The position numbers and the translations under genes were made by a program. Below, in pieces: positions 37,211-40,110 of a stretch of DNA of 40,110 nucleotides (position 1 is the first letter of the stretch; every line of letters starts with the position of its first letter). This DNA is from Anaerolineales bacterium. GTDB taxonomy: Bacteria > Chloroflexota > Anaerolineae > Anaerolineales > Villigracilaceae. The stretch lies in the NCBI GenBank assembly GCA_035462205.1, contig DATHUN010000449.1, forward strand, positions 1 through 40,110, written 5' to 3'. The notes below the pieces were generated by a model that worked only from the letters and a program-made list of their open reading frames with translations, was not told where the DNA came from and made no database searches.

Positions 37211-37806
37211 ATATCAAATATCTCGTTCCATGAATCATCGAGAGCTTGATTTTGTAAACAAAATTCAGGGCTGTTTGGATTATTCCGATCATTTGCCCAT
37301 TTTATGGGATTATTCTCAATATATTTCTGAATACATGCCAATTCACGGGGTTCACGGACAATTCGGTCATAGAAACTTCTTTGCCAAACTGGAACCCCAA
37401 TCATGCCGCGTAATTTGTTGATTCGGGTTGCCGCGGTTGTTTTGAATGCACCGATCATATTGCTGAGGGTTTCAAATTTTATGTTTTCCACCGTAGGGAC
37501 TGGCAGCCACTCGTCCTTACAATGATCATCGTTTTTCAATGTGCCTCGATGCAAGCGATAGGCGCCTTCCCCTACAATCCAAAGAATCCCATGAATATGA
37601 TTTGGCATTATCACAAATTCACCAAGTTCAATATTGGCGAATATGTCCAGGAGGGAACACCAAGCTGATTCGACAGCTAATTTAGATTGACTTGTTTCGA
37701 ATAAAAATTCTCTATTCTTCGTACATGCGGTAATAAAATACGCGCCTGGCATCGAGTAATCATACTGATGCAGGCGCGTGGATTTTCGCTCGCGAGGATA
37801 GGGCAT
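37201..37806 (-). mobile_element. REP-associated tyrosine transposase (RAYT/TnpA-REP, Y1 HUH family)
   Basis: RKSTRLHQYDYS..GAYFIT, VIMPNHIHG (HUH), VWQRSFYDRIVR, YIENNP (catalytic Tyr). Confidence 0.9.
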
Positions 37807-37813
37807 AATCAAA

Positions 37814-40110
37814 TTACAAGATCGAAATCTTCCCTGCCGTACCATCCACCCGAATTCGTTGACCGTTTTTCAAGCGCGTCGTCGCCTGATGCACGCCGAC
37901 GACAGCCGGGATGCCATATTCGCGCGCCACAACGGAACCATGGGTCATCATGCCGCCGACTTCGGTAATCAAGCCGCCGGCCGCCATGAAGAGCGGAGTC
38001 CAAGCCGGGTCCGTGCCGGGGCAAACAAGGATCTCGCCCGGTGCAAGCTGGGTCTCGTGTGGGTTGAACACGACATGCACCACACCCTCGACCACGCCCG
38101 GTGAAACGGGACTGCCTGTAATAACATCGCTTGTATCTGTGCTTGCGCCAACACCCTCATAGAATGTGCGTCCATCGCTGACGAGAACGCGCGGCACCTG
38201 TCTGCGCCGCGTTTCACGTTCATAGGTGGCACGTCGTTCGGCGATGAGAGCCTTCCAGTCACGTGACTCATTGCGCGATAACGCCGATAAGTCCGCCAGA
38301 TTCAAAAAAGAAAGGTCATCCGGGCGATCGATGATTCCCGCTTCGGCGAATTCCTTTCCTACTTCTAAAAGCTCTTTGCGCGCAATCCCCATCATGCGGA
38401 TGGCGAAAAATTTTGGGCTTTCCCGTGCGCCCATCAACACACGGACACGCCGCGCCGCACCACGGGTGATCTTCTCCTTGAGCCAGCCTCCTGACCGTCG
38501 ACGCGCTTCGAGAGCGATTTTTTCAATTGCACTATTGGCGGCTTGAGCACCACGCGCAAACAAAACATCGGGAGCTGCCTCTTCACCAACTTGCAAATAA
38601 CTCTGCAAGCTTTGCATCACTGGCGTGGGATCTTCCCGCCAGCGCGGCTGGCCAAAGTCGATCTCGCCGATGCCGCGCATCCCATATTGATCGAGGAAAT
38701 GAGTCACCGTATTCTGGGCGACAGAGGGCAAAGTCCCTTCGAGGTAACGGCGAGCAAGTGTCGGGGCGGCTGATGCGGTGAACAGATCCAGCGATTGCGA
38801 ATCCGCTTTGATCGTCCGCGCTGTGTCCCATAACGCCAGATCCATTTCCGTGGTCACGTTGTTCGGAAGCCCGCGCGTGGTCTCCAACACTGACATGGAA
38901 AATCCGTGATCGCCAGCATCATCCTGATGACTCTGCCGGGCAAGTACATTCAGCGATGCCAGGGCTGGGAGAAAGATGGGAATAAATTTAGGGACAAGGA
39001 ATTGAAATACATTGGCAACTCGACTCTGGATGAAGGCAACGATATTCGCAAGCCGGTCGAACTTGTTTTTCGCCGCCGGAATGTGAGAGGCATTCAAATA
39101 CTCATCAATTGCCCGATCAAACTCTACACGCGCTTTTTCCGGGTTATGAACACTGCGTATCGCACGCGGGACAATCGGCAAAAAGAAATTTGACAAACGC
39201 TGAACGGTGCTGAACTTCAAGTGGCCAGTGCCTGCGCCCAAGCGCGGGTCGCTGGCGAGCGGTTGGATAATCTGGGCGCTGCTTGGTTCGATGAATCCCA
39301 GAAATGCTCGAAAGATACGGTTTCCAACCGGATTTCGAATCACATCGGTGATGTTGATCCAGATGCGCTCGCCTGCAGATACGAAGGCTCGTACGTCTTC
39401 GGGCTTGAGGCTCGCATCGAACATTCTGCCACCCCCGGCAAAGACATTTCGAATCGTATCCTGCCCAAGCGGTGTGATCGGTCCGACCAGACCCTGCACC
39501 GCGCCAAAGGAAACCCAAACAAATAACGGGTCATTGGATTCTTCAGGTATCGGATACAAAGATGTGATGGCGCGCGATTGCAGTACGTATAACCTGCCAT
39601 TCGCGAACGCCCATTCGATATCCTGCGGGAAGCGATATTCATTCTGGATGGATTTGCCAAGCTCCGCGAGTTGGAGGATTTCCGAATCGTTGAGCGCCTG
39701 CTTCGTGGATGAATCCTCTTCGATCAGGTCGACGCCGCCACCGGCTCGGCTCCGAGTGGTATGTGCCTTCGCCCCCAGCGTTTTGCTGCGAACGACGTTG
39801 CTGAGTGTATCTACCACGTAATGGTCCGGTTCCACTTGTCCCGAGACGAGCGCTTCGCCCAGACCGAACGTCGCGTCGATGACGGTCTCACTGCGCAACC
39901 CGGTTAATGGATTGGCAGTGAACATCACGCCCGAGACCTCGCTCGGGATCATTTCCTGCACGACGACAGCCAGCGCCACTTGATCTTGTGGGATGTGATT
40001 GCGCAGACGATAGCCAATCGCACGCGCCGTCCATAAACTCGACCAGCACTGAATCACTGCTTTGAGAACTTGAGTTTCGCCAATGATGTTGAGGTATGTA
40101 TCCTGTTGCC
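37814..40110 (-). CDS. PEP-utilising enzyme, rifamycin phosphotransferase (Rph)-like; 5' end lies beyond the window
   Basis: QQDTYLN, GVMFTANP, GLGEALVSG, QDIEW, LQSRAIT (ATP-grasp); YGMRGIGEID; C-terminal GGMMTHGSVVAREYGIPAV phospho-His domain. Confidence 0.85.
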   Translation of the reverse strand, partial: QQDTYLNIIGETQVLKAVIQCWSSLWTARAIGYRLRNHIPQDQVALAVVVQEMIPSEVSGVMFTANPLTGLRSETVIDATFGLGEALVSGQVEPDHYVVDTLSNVVRSKTLGAKAHTTRSRAGGGVDLIEEDSSTKQALNDSEILQLAELGKSIQNEYRFPQDIEWAFANGRLYVLQSRAITSLYPIPEESNDPLFVWVSFGAVQGLVGPITPLGQDTIRNVFAGGGRMFDASLKPEDVRAFVSAGERIWINITDVIRNPVGNRIFRAFLGFIEPSSAQIIQPLASDPRLGAGTGHLKFSTVQRLSNFFLPIVPRAIRSVHNPEKARVEFDRAIDEYLNASHIPAAKNKFDRLANIVAFIQSRVANVFQFLVPKFIPIFLPALASLNVLARQSHQDDAGDHGFSMSVLETTRGLPNNVTTEMDLALWDTARTIKADSQSLDLFTASAAPTLARRYLEGTLPSVAQNTVTHFLDQYGMRGIGEIDFGQPRWREDPTPVMQSLQSYLQVGEEAAPDVLFARGAQAANSAIEKIALEARRRSGGWLKEKITRGAARRVRVLMGARESPKFFAIRMMGIARKELLEVGKEFAEAGIIDRPDDLSFLNLADLSALSRNESRDWKALIAERRATYERETRRRQVPRVLVSDGRTFYEGVGASTDTSDVITGSPVSPGVVEGVVHVVFNPHETQLAPGEILVCPGTDPAWTPLFMAAGGLITEVGGMMTHGSVVAREYGIPAVVGVHQATTRLKNGQRIRVDGTAGKISIL

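Noticed and set aside
1-40110. CRISPR array, tRNA or rRNA genes
   Set aside because: No regularly spaced direct repeats, cloverleaf or rRNA-like sequence seen; the repeats present are dispersed palindromes.

Overview
This 40.1 kb bacterial chromosomal window is most likely from Chloroflexota (Anaerolineales-like). That is inferred from a GlyA-GcvT fusion, Thr/Pro-rich linkers in secreted proteins and GAAC-N4-GTTC boxes. About 37 protein genes are recognisable. Core and metabolic genes include a PLP aminotransferase, an ACT-malic enzyme, dapB, a GyrA/ParC-type topoisomerase subunit, a deoxynucleoside kinase, an M20 peptidase, MarR plus a heterodimeric ABC exporter, a SHMT-GcvT fusion and a partial Rph-like PEP-utilising enzyme. 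Two accessory stretches interrupt them. 8.8-11.5 kb holds ANT(6)-like, PD-(D/E)XK-like, VOC and NTase genes. 27.9-33.8 kb holds a TIR-TM-SH3 receptor-like gene next to a HEPN-motif gene, plus three gene relics. A REP-associated tyrosine transposase (RAYT) is present, with two families of short palindromes (GTAG- and GTCA-tagged) across the window. Best leads: the TIR-TM-SH3 + HEPN pair as a candidate immune module, an unannotated Leu/Ile/Val leader-peptide attenuator, REP palindromes that supply stop codons and carry nested mini-inserts, and a Mo-enzyme/FNR/CxxC three-gene operon. I saw no rRNA, tRNA or CRISPR array. All family calls come from recognising motifs by eye; no searches were run.
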